Source: Nitrososphaerota archaeon
GTDB taxonomy: Archaea; Thermoproteota; Nitrososphaeria_A; Caldarchaeales; Caldarchaeaceae
Reading direction: 5' to 3'
DNA: 64,000 nucleotides
NCBI GenBank assembly: GCA_041641305.1
Contig: JBEPYN010000002.1
Coordinates: forward strand, 608,001 to 672,000
The notes beneath the pieces were generated by a model that was not told where the DNA came from, ran no database searches, and saw only the letters and a program-made list of their open reading frames with translations. A program made the translations under genes and the position numbers. This document shows, piece by piece, positions 17,897 to 27,209 of this stretch (position 1 is its first letter; every line of letters begins with the position of its first letter).

Positions 17897-18127
17897 TTGG
17901 AAGCCATTAAACCTCTGACGACCTTGATGCGGCAAGTCAACAAACCTGTCAAGGTTTTCCTAAAAAACGATGCACGTTATGAGGGGACTATGGTCGAGTG
18001 CGACGGCTACATGAACATGCTTCTCGAACACGTTGTCGAGTATGTGGGCGACAGCAAAACCGCGGGCTACCCCAAAGTCCTGATAAGAGGAAACAATATC
18101 ATGTACATCGTTTTCACCGAAAAGTAA
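17897..18127 (+). CDS. Sm-like archaeal protein (SmAP/Lsm)
   Basis: Sm1 motif YEGTMVECDGYMNMLL and Sm2 motif LIRGNNI; adjacent to mat. Confidence 0.93.
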   Translation: MEAIKPLTTLMRQVNKPVKVFLKNDARYEGTMVECDGYMNMLLEHVVEYVGDSKTAGYPKVLIRGNNIMYIVFTEK

Positions 18128-18186
18128 CACTGTATAAAGGGTTTAGACCTTAATATTGAGGCTTTTTTAGGAGAAACGAGACAGCG

Positions 18187-19416
18187 ATGAAGCAGTCTTT
18201 CGTAACAGTCGAGCCGCTGGATCGAACTCCTGTCGAAAAGCAGGAGATTGAGATGGTTGAGCGCAAAGGATTGGGCCACCCCGACTACATCATAGACAGC
18301 GCTTGCGAAGAGGCGTCTCTGCTGCTTTCGCAGTTTTATCAGGCAAAGTATGGGCAGATTCTTCACCACAACCTTGACAAGGGTCTGCTCATCGGCGGGA
18401 GGGCGTATAACAGGTTCGGCTACGGCAGGCTTGAGGAGCCGATAACCATCATCATAGCGGGCCGGGCCTCGACATCTGTAAAAACTCCGACGGGCGAGGA
18501 GAAAATACCCTACAGAGAAATAATCACGGATGCTGTCAGGTCGATGATTAAGAGGAATTTCCGGTTTCTCGACTTTGACCAGCATGTAGAGCTTGAAATT
18601 CGTGTGAGAGAGAGCAGCCCTGACCTAAAGGCTGTGGTGGAGATGGGTAAGGATATGCCTCTAGCAAACGACACATCTTACGGTGTGGCGTTTTACCCAT
18701 TTACACCGCTGGAGAACCTTGTCCTCACAACTGAGAGACACCTTAACTCGCCTCAGTTCAAGTCAAAGGTGAGGGAAAGCGGTGAGGATGTCAAGGTTAT
18801 GGGGCTGAGAAAGGGCTCGAAAATAACTCTGACGGTCGCAGACGGCATCGTAAGCACCTTGACCAAGGATAGAGACCACTACATTTCGGTCAAGGAGCAG
18901 ATAAAACAGGAGGTTGAAAATCTGGCGTCCAAGCTGGCGGGCGACCATGACGTCGAAGTTTATGTGAACACCGCTGACAAATATGGGACAAACATCGGCA
19001 ACGAGGTTTTCTACCTCACCTTCACAGGCACTTCTGCGGAGCACGGGGACGACGGCAACACTGGCCGCGGCAACAGGGCAAACGGACTCATTACACCTAA
19101 CAGGCAGATGTCGCTAGAGGCCACCGCTGGGAAAAACCCCATAAGCCATGTCGGAAAAATATACAACGTCTGCGCAGGACTTATCGCCCGCCGCATATAC
19201 GAGGAGACCAAACGAGTTAAGGAGGTTTATGTCAGAATGCTCAGCCAAATAGGGAGGCCGATCAACGAGCCGCTATCAGTGTCTGTGCAAGCCATTCCCG
19301 AGGACAAGATGGACATCGGCTTGGTGAGAGATATCGAGAGCATTGTCTACGACGAGGTCGCAGACATCAGACGCGTCACCGAGTTGATTATCTCGCGGCA
19401 GGTGTCGGTCTTCTAA
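18187..19416 (+). CDS. mat: Archaeal S-adenosylmethionine synthetase
   Basis: EMVERKGLGHPD, HHNLDK, ANDTS, GEDVKVMG, GTSAEHGDDG..GRGNR, AGKNPISHVGKIYN. Confidence 0.96.
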   Translation: MKQSFVTVEPLDRTPVEKQEIEMVERKGLGHPDYIIDSACEEASLLLSQFYQAKYGQILHHNLDKGLLIGGRAYNRFGYGRLEEPITIIIAGRASTSVKTPTGEEKIPYREIITDAVRSMIKRNFRFLDFDQHVELEIRVRESSPDLKAVVEMGKDMPLANDTSYGVAFYPFTPLENLVLTTERHLNSPQFKSKVRESGEDVKVMGLRKGSKITLTVADGIVSTLTKDRDHYISVKEQIKQEVENLASKLAGDHDVEVYVNTADKYGTNIGNEVFYLTFTGTSAEHGDDGNTGRGNRANGLITPNRQMSLEATAGKNPISHVGKIYNVCAGLIARRIYEETKRVKEVYVRMLSQIGRPINEPLSVSVQAIPEDKMDIGLVRDIESIVYDEVADIRRVTELIISRQVSVF

Positions 19417-20135
19417 AAATGTGCATCGAGTCCTTTTTGTTTTCTCAAAATCTCCATACATGTTCGAGGCGTTAGGCACCTGTATTCGAGGTTCATGGTT
19501 TTCATCAGGCTTAGGGCGCGTTTAGTTGCTGAGGGAGCTGCTATTATCCCCCGGGGTCTTCTGCCCAGCTCTTCCTCTAAGCTTTCGAGATAACGTGCCA
19601 GCTGCTTGATGTCCTCCGGTGTGGCTGATCGCCTTTTCAACTCGACCACCGTGAATACCCCGTTTTTGTCCACGCCGAAGACATCGACTTTGCCGGCTCT
19701 CCCGGCGGCCCTCTCCTTAGCCACTGGCCTGAACCCTTCTTCAACAAGCTCGGGCCTCAGTAGAACCGCCTTCTTCATCTCGGCCTCTGAAGCATACATA
19801 ACCATCTCAGCCTCATCCACCAGCTGGTAAACACTGACCTCAGGCTCCCCATGAAACCTAATCTTCAGCACTTCGTTGGCTCGCGCAGCCCTTAGAACCA
19901 CCTCGTCATCCTCTGTGTATAGCTCGATTTTTGAGCCGCTTGGCTGCCAGTTAACAGGCTCATATCCCGAGGGCCTGTGGACCAGCACGCTTCCGTCACG
20001 CTTTATTATGATAAGCCTCTCGCCTTCACCCAGCTCCGACGAAGCACGTCCCACATATGAGATACTGCATCTCCCCGCTATCACAGCAACATGGCCCGCG
20101 GCTATTGCCTGCCGTATCTTCTCGGCCCACTTCAT
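19413..20135 (-). CDS. nucS: Endonuclease NucS/EndoMS
   Basis: YVGRASSEL, IIKRDGSVLVH, PVNWQP, D...VELKR...QLARY nuclease motif; C-terminal PIP-like QKGLDAHF. Confidence 0.95.
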   Translation of the reverse strand: MKWAEKIRQAIAAGHVAVIAGRCSISYVGRASSELGEGERLIIIKRDGSVLVHRPSGYEPVNWQPSGSKIELYTEDDEVVLRAARANEVLKIRFHGEPEVSVYQLVDEAEMVMYASEAEMKKAVLLRPELVEEGFRPVAKERAAGRAGKVDVFGVDKNGVFTVVELKRRSATPEDIKQLARYLESLEEELGRRPRGIIAAPSATKRALSLMKTMNLEYRCLTPRTCMEILRKQKGLDAHF

Positions 20136-20139
20136 CGGC

Positions 20140-21489
20140 CTACCTTGGGAGGTTTAGCAGCTCGAGTATATGTATGTGGGTGTCTGATTTGACGGGGAAG
20201 TAGATGAAGAACCAGATGATCTGGAGAGCTGCTATCCCGTATAAAACGTATCTCGAGAACTTGTCATCCTTCAGCATCACGGAGAGGCCGAGGGCTACTG
20301 CTGGAAGCGTTGGTAGGAAGTAGAAGGTGTAGACCCATCGCTGGAGGAGATGTGCAACGATGAAGTATGGTAGGTAGCTCATCGCCGTCCATGAAAAGAC
20401 GAAGAGCTGCACACTGTCCTCGAACCTTGTTTTCAACACCATGTAGAGCGAGTAAATTAGCACGAGAGCAGTCGTCCACCAGTAGGGGCTGTAAATGCCA
20501 TAGTATGCAATCGGGTGCCAAACCCTTTCACCGGCAGAAACTGCCACAACCATGTAGGGGGCGGCGGCGAAGGGTGATATGGGTGTTATCCAGCTTAGCG
20601 GGAGGTCGACGACAGTTGTGCTGCCGTCTTGGTTGTGTACCGTGCAGCGGAGCGGGAGCTCGAATTCTGCGCAGTTGTATTTGAGCTGGGAGTGGTAGTT
20701 GAGCATGTAGTCGAGGTGTGCGAATGGGCTGCTATAAGCTCCGTAGCCGAGATCATAGACGGTCAGCCCCGCCATGAACACAGCCAACCCAATTAGAACA
20801 GTCTTCTCAAATACCGGTGACCAGTTTTGGATGCTGTCCAAGATTTTCCTATGTCTGCTGTAGGCTGCTAAGAGGCTGAAGAGGAGTAGGCCGCCGACGT
20901 TAAAGACTATGGAGGTCTTTGACAGCAGCGCCAGCCCGAAGACCATGGCTGCGTAGGTGTAGCGGCCTTGTAGAAACAGGTACGTTGCTAGGAAGAGGAA
21001 GAAGAATGCGGGGCCGTCGAGCATGGCGATTGTTCCTATGTTGAAGAACATCACATCGGTGGCTATGAGAAAAGTTGTGAAGAATGTGGCGAATCTGCTG
21101 CGGGTCAGGCGGTGTGCTATGAGAGGTATGAGTGCCACGGCGGCTGAGGAGAGGAGGGAGGGCATTAGTCGCCAGCCGAGGGGGTTGTCGCCGAAAACCA
21201 GCATAGACGCTGCTATCAACAGCTTCGAGAGAGGCGGATGCTCATGGTTCACCGACTCGCCCTGCAACAATTTCCTAACAGCAGGAATGTAGTGTGCCTC
21301 ATCGAATACGAGGCCACCTTCCACCCGTGTCTCTCCATCAATAACTTTGATCTCTGGAGATGGTGAGTTGATAATCATAAGCCTTAGGCCCAGCAAGATG
21401 ATGAAGACAGCTATTGCGAGTTTTTGATCATACCTAAGCCTCTTTACAAACGTGGGGAGAAGGTTCTGAAGCTTCAGCACGGTGTTCAC
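20140..21489 (-). CDS. Dolichyl-phosphate-mannose-protein mannosyltransferase (PMT/GT39)-like glycosyltransferase
   Basis: VFDEAHY, EHPPLSKLLIA, GWRL, AMLD and C-terminal YLPYF...R..Y.FYFLP motifs; multiple TM helices. Confidence 0.85.
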   Translation of the reverse strand: MNTVLKLQNLLPTFVKRLRYDQKLAIAVFIILLGLRLMIINSPSPEIKVIDGETRVEGGLVFDEAHYIPAVRKLLQGESVNHEHPPLSKLLIAASMLVFGDNPLGWRLMPSLLSSAAVALIPLIAHRLTRSRFATFFTTFLIATDVMFFNIGTIAMLDGPAFFFLFLATYLFLQGRYTYAAMVFGLALLSKTSIVFNVGGLLLFSLLAAYSRHRKILDSIQNWSPVFEKTVLIGLAVFMAGLTVYDLGYGAYSSPFAHLDYMLNYHSQLKYNCAEFELPLRCTVHNQDGSTTVVDLPLSWITPISPFAAAPYMVVAVSAGERVWHPIAYYGIYSPYWWTTALVLIYSLYMVLKTRFEDSVQLFVFSWTAMSYLPYFIVAHLLQRWVYTFYFLPTLPAVALGLSVMLKDDKFSRYVLYGIAALQIIWFFIYFPVKSDTHIHILELLNLPR

Positions 21490-22985
21490 CTGTCCTTGAC
21501 CATGTAGGGGCCTTCGAGACGGTATCCTAGCCTTGCATAGTATCCTCTTACACCAGCTCCGCTGATTACTGCCACTCTGCCGAGGCCATGCTCCTCGTAG
21601 ATTATGCGCTCGGCCTCCTGCATCAGCTGTTTGCCTACTCCTCTGTGCTGGGAGGTTGTGTCATCAGCCGGTGTTCCAACGGCTTTCATCGAGCCGTATA
21701 CATGAAGCTCCCTAACCAACCCAGCTTCCTCGAGCTCTGGCCTCATGGTCCTCAGAGGTATGCGCACCCTCACAAACCCGAGAAGGGCATCAGCTTCCTC
21801 ATCCTCAACAGAGACAAAATACTCTAACCCGCCGGAGGCACGGTAAACCAACCTCTTCAAAACACTTCTCCTAATATCCACGGGCGCGTTCCTGTGTCCA
21901 TGTTCTCTGCAGCGGATACATCGGCACATGCCGTTTAGCTCTTTCTCCACGACTTGGCGGAGGTTCGGAATGTGGAGGCCGTCGAGAACCATTTTGAGCG
22001 GGATCTCCCGCTGTATCCTCGCTATCCTCACGTAGGGCGGCACACGTTTCATGAACTCTCGCAGGACATAGACAAGCTCCTCGTCGGAGTAGGGCTTGTA
22101 GAGGCCATGCCGCCACATCGTCTCCAGCCCTGTGTTGGGGAGTACGAGCGTCGGATAGATTTTCAACTGGTCTGGTCTAAACCGGTCGTCGTCGAATAGT
22201 GTGGTGAACATGTTGAGGTCTTTTTGGGGCGAGGAGCCGGGAAGGTTGGGCATTATGTGGTAACATACCTTGAAAGCCGTGTCCTTGAGGTCGGCGGTCG
22301 CCTCAACCACGTCATCAACATTATGGCCTCTGTTCAGCGTTAATAGAATTTTGTCGTCGAGGGCTTGGACACCTATCTCAACCCGTGTAACACCATATTC
22401 AACCAATTTCACAACCGTATCTCTCTTCGCCCAGTCAGGCTTCGTCTCAACAGTTATTCCCGAAACATGTGTCGCGGATGATGAGTTGATGCGCAGCGCC
22501 TCCTCGAGGCTGTTGCTCTGTACACCGTTCAAGACGTCAACACACTCTTTTATTATCCACTGCTGAAAATCTGGAGGACTTGCTGTAAATGTGCCGCCTA
22601 TTATAATCAACTCAACTTTGTCCACCTCGTGTCCCATTTGTCTAAGCCTGTTGACCGCTGCTTCAACCTGTTTCCGCGGATTGTAGCTCAGCTGAGCCGC
22701 GGTCTTAACAGCTGCTTCCTCGCCTGTGTAGCTCTGAGGTGTTCCCAGAGGTGCTCCGCCTGGGCAGTAAATGCATTTACCATGGGGACATGTGTAGAGC
22801 GGTGCAACAACAGTTATGACAGATACGCCGCTGAGTGTTTTGACGGGTTTGCGTGTAATGTTTGTTTTGAGCAGCTTGGCCAAGTCATCGTCTGATGGAT
22901 ACTTCTCCAGCTTGAGACTGAGGGCTAGCTGTTTTTTGAGTTGCTCTACTTCACGCCGTGTAAGTTGTGTCGCGTGGGCTGTCAA
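21486..22985 (-). CDS. elp3: tRNA uridine(34) acetyltransferase Elp3
   Basis: TLSGVSVI, CPHGKCIYCPGG radical-SAM motif, GGTF, CRCIRCRE, VRELHVYG, QHRGVG, ISGAGVRGYY. Confidence 0.96.
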   Translation of the reverse strand: MTAHATQLTRREVEQLKKQLALSLKLEKYPSDDDLAKLLKTNITRKPVKTLSGVSVITVVAPLYTCPHGKCIYCPGGAPLGTPQSYTGEEAAVKTAAQLSYNPRKQVEAAVNRLRQMGHEVDKVELIIIGGTFTASPPDFQQWIIKECVDVLNGVQSNSLEEALRINSSSATHVSGITVETKPDWAKRDTVVKLVEYGVTRVEIGVQALDDKILLTLNRGHNVDDVVEATADLKDTAFKVCYHIMPNLPGSSPQKDLNMFTTLFDDDRFRPDQLKIYPTLVLPNTGLETMWRHGLYKPYSDEELVYVLREFMKRVPPYVRIARIQREIPLKMVLDGLHIPNLRQVVEKELNGMCRCIRCREHGHRNAPVDIRRSVLKRLVYRASGGLEYFVSVEDEEADALLGFVRVRIPLRTMRPELEEAGLVRELHVYGSMKAVGTPADDTTSQHRGVGKQLMQEAERIIYEEHGLGRVAVISGAGVRGYYARLGYRLEGPYMVKDR

Positions 22986-22988
22986 GGT

Positions 22989-23894
22989 TTAGAGCCGCCT
23001 CTTGACTGTCCGACAGATTGAGGCGATGCTTTTAAGGGCTTTCACATATCGCGGCCCGAGAGGCCCCGCGAAAACAACTTCGTCATAACCGATGTCAACC
23101 ACTTCATGAACAAAGTCTCGGAGCTTCTCCGGCTTGCCCCAGACGCTGAAAAAGTCAACCCACTCTCTCCGTGCAACTTGGTAAAGCCTATCCCATCTCC
23201 TGCTCTGCACCAGCTCCTCAACCTCCTTTCGATGAACCTCGTCCACACCTATTCGACTCAAGTAGCTCGGCGACGAACCTGTCATCAAGTAGGCTGCGTA
23301 TGGTACGGCGGTTTTCCACGCCTTCTCAGCATCCTCGTGAACAGATGTCATCAAGTAGGCTGCGCGAGTAAACCCTTTTGGCACGTCATCGCCCAGCAAA
23401 CGTGCAGATTCTTTCAACATCTCAAGGTTAGACCAGTTAACAAGAACACCGTCAGCCTTTGTGGATGCCTTAACCATGCGTGGTCCCTGAGCCCCCACAT
23501 AGACCTTGACATCCGAGACCCGGTAGGTCTCGAGCCTCTCAAAGTATTTCCGCATCTCCGCGACAGCCCACAAAACCTTCTCGACAGGCTTCTCCCTTAC
23601 GTAGCCGAGCTGTTTCAGAACGGATGCATCACCAGCACCGACAGCCATCCTCACCCTATGGGGCGCGAGCTCCCACAATGTGGCAGCAGCCTGAGCCATC
23701 TGAGCCGGATGAAACACATAGGGGTTGACAACCGCTGGGCCGAGCAGGACCCGACGAGTGTAGCGGGCTATGACAGAAAGAGTGATGATGCTGCTTCTGT
23801 TGAAAAAATGATCGCTCACCCACAAGCCGTCAAACCCATGCTTCTCAACCATGACAGCTGCCATCGCAAGCTTCCACAAAGGGTCCTTCGGCAC
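22989..23894 (-). CDS. LLM-class (luciferase-like, Mer-related) oxidoreductase, probably F420-dependent
   Basis: GFDGLWVSDHF, LGPAVVNPYVFHPA, GAGD, YVGAQGPRM, ADGVLVN. Confidence 0.85.
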   Translation of the reverse strand: MPKDPLWKLAMAAVMVEKHGFDGLWVSDHFFNRSSIITLSVIARYTRRVLLGPAVVNPYVFHPAQMAQAAATLWELAPHRVRMAVGAGDASVLKQLGYVREKPVEKVLWAVAEMRKYFERLETYRVSDVKVYVGAQGPRMVKASTKADGVLVNWSNLEMLKESARLLGDDVPKGFTRAAYLMTSVHEDAEKAWKTAVPYAAYLMTGSSPSYLSRIGVDEVHRKEVEELVQSRRWDRLYQVARREWVDFFSVWGKPEKLRDFVHEVVDIGYDEVVFAGPLGPRYVKALKSIASICRTVKRRL

Positions 23895-23917
23895 AACCTC
23901 GACAGAGAACCTGGGTT

Positions 23918-24130
23918 TCAGCGAAACTCACCTCGCAGGGCCAGTCGCGTCTTCTCAGGTTCACAGATACGACAGGCCTTAACAAAAATCTGGAAACCCT
24001 GTTCACTGGACAATTGATGATTAACAAAATATTCAAACACACGCCACCCGAGTTCAGGGGGGACAAGGTTGCTGTTGACACTCGACATCAACACCTCGAG
24101 AAGCTGCTCAGTAATCCTCCTTCTACTCAT
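23918..24130 (-). CDS. Small hypothetical protein (70 aa, CxxC)
   Basis: Fills the gap between two co-oriented genes; GGA-type RBS precedes the ATG; ACRIC motif. Confidence 0.6.
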   Translation of the reverse strand: MSRRRITEQLLEVLMSSVNSNLVPPELGWRVFEYFVNHQLSSEQGFQIFVKACRICEPEKTRLALRGEFR

Positions 24131-24141
24131 TCCAGCTATTC

Positions 24142-24966
24142 TCAGCTCCTTAGAAATCGCAATATAACGTTGTTGAACGACTCCACCCGTTCCTCGTGAA
24201 CGATGTGTCCAGCATTCGGCTCAACGTGTACCTCGGCCCCGATTTTCTGAGCCAGCTCCAAGTTTTTTCGAAACGGCACAACATTATCCATTTCACCGAG
24301 AACAAACAGCTTCGGGCATTTAATCATGTCAACATATTCTGTCCTGAACTCGCGCCATATATTACCAGCCTCGACCAAAACAGGGCCAGACCTCTTTACA
24401 GACTCATAGTAGCCTTCAACAGTTTCATCATCCAGAGCGCTTTTGTCGACAAAGAGGTCGCGTAGAACTCGTTTGATGAAATATTTCCTTACAAGCAATC
24501 GTGTGATTAAGGTGTTGAACAACCTTTTTCTCGCCAGCTCCATTGCCAGAGGCCTGCGGCCGCTGTCAGCTCCGAGCAAGCTTGGGTTAACGAGGACGAG
24601 CTTCTCAACTTTATCGGGAAGGTTTGCCGCCATATACGCCGAAATTGCTCCACCCAGCGAATGACCGACCAAGCTAAACCTCTCAGCACCAAGTTTGTCG
24701 AGGGCTTTCAGCAAAATGTCTGTGACGGTTGAGAGGCTAATGCCTGCCGGAGGCCTCTTTGACAACCCGAAGCCGGGGAGATCAAGCGCCAAGGCTCTGA
24801 AATGTTGTGACACTGTGGGCAGTGTCTTGCGCCAGCTAAAGGAGGATGCAGCCCATCCATGAATAAATACAACAGGCTGTCCAACACCCCGTTCAACATA
24901 GAAAATGTCCACGTCATCCACGGTTATCCTAGAACCATTAGTGACATGCTCGGACCAGCCCACCAA
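24142..24966 (-). CDS. Alpha/beta fold hydrolase
   Basis: VFIHGW, DLPGFGLS, GHSLGG nucleophile, GEMD, AGH. Start trimmed to avoid overlap with the divergent gene (approximate). Confidence 0.92.
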   Translation of the reverse strand: MVGWSEHVTNGSRITVDDVDIFYVERGVGQPVVFIHGWAASSFSWRKTLPTVSQHFRALALDLPGFGLSKRPPAGISLSTVTDILLKALDKLGAERFSLVGHSLGGAISAYMAANLPDKVEKLVLVNPSLLGADSGRRPLAMELARKRLFNTLITRLLVRKYFIKRVLRDLFVDKSALDDETVEGYYESVKRSGPVLVEAGNIWREFRTEYVDMIKCPKLFVLGEMDNVVPFRKNLELAQKIGAEVHVEPNAGHIVHEERVESFNNVILRFLRS

Positions 24967-25060
24967 CTCAGAAAACCCTTCTACCCCTTCAATAAAACAG
25001 TTTTCCTCAGATGTTGAAAGCTGCGAAAAAAATAAATGTCCACGAAGTATGTAGAAGATA

Positions 25061-25768
25061 ATGTCGGGGTTCATCTCCCCGCGATCAAGCATCAAGGGCA
25101 CGGTTTCACCAAACGCCTATGTGTATGGAGCTACGGAGATAGGGGAGGCTACTGTAGTGGATGACGACGTTACAATAGGTTATCCAGCACGCCATCGTCT
25201 TCTACAAACCATAGAAAAGAAGCGCACAGTCATTACCTCCGTGCTGGAGGACGCGAGCCTGGGAAGCTTCATCGGCCCAGGATGCTTGATAAGAAGAGGA
25301 TGCGTAATCTATGACGAGGTTATTATCGAAGGCGATGTAGAGCTCGGGCACAACGTATTGATTCGCTCGGGGACAATGATTCGGAGCGGCTCACGGATAG
25401 GAAGCGGCACGATGCTCGACGGCGCCGTATTGGTCGGCCGCGGCGCCAACATACAGTCCAACGTCTACATCCCACATCTCACGAAAATAATGGATAACGT
25501 CTTCATAGGCCCCAACGTTGTGATGACCAACGACCCCTACCCCGTCGGCTCTCCACTGAAGGGGCCGACAATAGCCACGGGCGCTATCATAGGTGCTGGC
25601 TCAGTTATTCTTCCAGGTGTTGAGGTAGGTGAGGGAGCTGTGGTGGGCGCCGGCTCAGTGGTTACGAGAAACGTCCCGCCGCGGGTGGTTGTTTTCGGGA
25701 ACCCCGCAAAATACGCCTATGACGTGGATGAATACAATAAGAAGAAACAGGCCTATCTGAAGAAATGA
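25061..25768 (+). CDS. Hexapeptide-repeat N-acetyltransferase (WbpD-like)
   Basis: Left-handed beta-helix repeats; FIGPNVVMTNDPYP; IGAGSVILPGV; GAGSVVTRNVP...GNPA. Confidence 0.88.
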   Translation: MSGFISPRSSIKGTVSPNAYVYGATEIGEATVVDDDVTIGYPARHRLLQTIEKKRTVITSVLEDASLGSFIGPGCLIRRGCVIYDEVIIEGDVELGHNVLIRSGTMIRSGSRIGSGTMLDGAVLVGRGANIQSNVYIPHLTKIMDNVFIGPNVVMTNDPYPVGSPLKGPTIATGAIIGAGSVILPGVEVGEGAVVGAGSVVTRNVPPRVVVFGNPAKYAYDVDEYNKKKQAYLKK

Positions 25769-25833
25769 AAACGCCTCAAAACCTTAAAAACAAGCTCTTG
25801 CATAGGAAATTTGGTGAGGCTGAGGAGTAAATA

Positions 25834-26142
25834 ATGGCTGAGATATGCCCCACATGTGGTTTACCACAATCGATATGCGTTTGCGAAACCATAAGCCGCG
25901 AGCAGCAGCGTGTTAAGATTAAGCTTGAGCTGAGAAAATGGAACAAGCCGACGACGGTAATCGAGGGCTTGAACGGTAGCAAAAAGGATTTGCAGGAGAT
26001 AGCTTCGAAGCTAAAGTCCACCCTGGCATGCGGCGGTGTCGTAAAGGATGGAGTAATCCTATTGCAGGGCGACCATAGAGACAGGGTTAGAAAAGCTTTG
26101 GTGGAGCTTGGGCTTTCAGAAGAAAATATAGAGGTAATTTAG
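25834..26142 (+). CDS. sui1: Translation initiation factor aIF1 (SUI1)
   Basis: CPTCGLPQSICVC, LKSTLACGG, LQGDHR. Confidence 0.95.
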   Translation: MAEICPTCGLPQSICVCETISREQQRVKIKLELRKWNKPTTVIEGLNGSKKDLQEIASKLKSTLACGGVVKDGVILLQGDHRDRVRKALVELGLSEENIEVI

Positions 26143-27062
26143 GCGGCCACTGTTTCGAGAACGTCTTTGAGGCCTTTGAAACGGTTTCGCACAGTTACCT
26201 CGGTGACGCCGGCGGCTTTGGCTATGTCTTTCTGCGTAAGTGTCTGCGTTGTTTCTTGGCAGGCCATGTAGAGGGCGGCTGCCGCTATTCCGACCGGGTC
26301 CTTGCCCACGGTTGCTTTTCGTTTGACGGCCTCGTTTAGCAGACGGATAGCCTCCTGAACAGTTCTCTGGTCCAGCCCAACCTTGGCCGCAATCTTGTTA
26401 ACGTATATAGTCGGGTCCGCGACCGGAACCTTCAGACCAAGATGCTTGAGCAAAAGCCTGTAACCCTGAGCAATGGTCTTCCGCTTGACAGCTGGGTAGC
26501 TGCGTTCAAACTCTCGAAGGTCTCTTGGTGTGCCAAGCATCCTGCAGGCGGCGTATGTTGCGGCTGCCATGATGGACTTGATTGATCTTCCTCTTACAAG
26601 CCCTGCTCTGAGCGCTCTTCTGTAAATGAGCATGGCTCTTTCCGCAACCGTCTGGGATAGCCGTAGCTTGTCGACGTATATCTGGAGAATGTTTACAGCC
26701 TGCTGAAGGTTTCGCGTCTCGCTTGAGTTTATCTGAGAGGTGGCGTCGAGCTTTTTCAGCCTAATCATCTTCTCACGTGACTCTTTCGAGAGTTTGCGGC
26801 CTGAAGCGTCTTCGTCAACGCCCTCGATTACGGTTGAGAGGCCGTGGTCTCGATACATGGGTGAAAGCGGTGCTCCTACTCTGCTTCTGCTCCCTTCTTC
26901 GTCGTCAAGGTTTCTCCACTCGGGGCCCATGTCAACATCTTTTTCCTGTATTACGAATCCGCAGACTGAGCATGTTACCTCGCCTGTCCTCTGGTCGGTG
27001 ACCAGCATCTCATTTCCGCATTCTGGGCAAAGTGTTACTTCTCTCCAAGTTTTCCTGACCAA
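26139..27062 (-). CDS. tfb: Transcription initiation factor IIB (TFB)
   Basis: CPECG...CSVCG Zn ribbon, DMGPEWR B-finger, two cyclin repeats, GVTEVTVRNR. Confidence 0.97.
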   Translation of the reverse strand: MVRKTWREVTLCPECGNEMLVTDQRTGEVTCSVCGFVIQEKDVDMGPEWRNLDDEEGSRSRVGAPLSPMYRDHGLSTVIEGVDEDASGRKLSKESREKMIRLKKLDATSQINSSETRNLQQAVNILQIYVDKLRLSQTVAERAMLIYRRALRAGLVRGRSIKSIMAAATYAACRMLGTPRDLREFERSYPAVKRKTIAQGYRLLLKHLGLKVPVADPTIYVNKIAAKVGLDQRTVQEAIRLLNEAVKRKATVGKDPVGIAAAALYMACQETTQTLTQKDIAKAAGVTEVTVRNRFKGLKDVLETVAA

Positions 27063-27209
27063 GTTTTTTCACCTTAATTTTTAGACATATAGGAGAGGCG
27101 TTTTTCCATCCTCTCGCTATAAGTCTTTCGCTCATATGATGTAAAGGGCAATATATAAACTTTCTCACCACAAATGAGATAAATAGCTAATACCAAAACA
27201 AACTACGGT

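Noticed and set aside
23106-24017. Long antisense or alternate-frame ORFs (also 1378-1923, 36750-37430, 48589-49215, 51274-51942, 54943-55674, 60548-61120)
   Set aside because: They overlap well-supported genes, lack motifs and have shadow-ORF composition.
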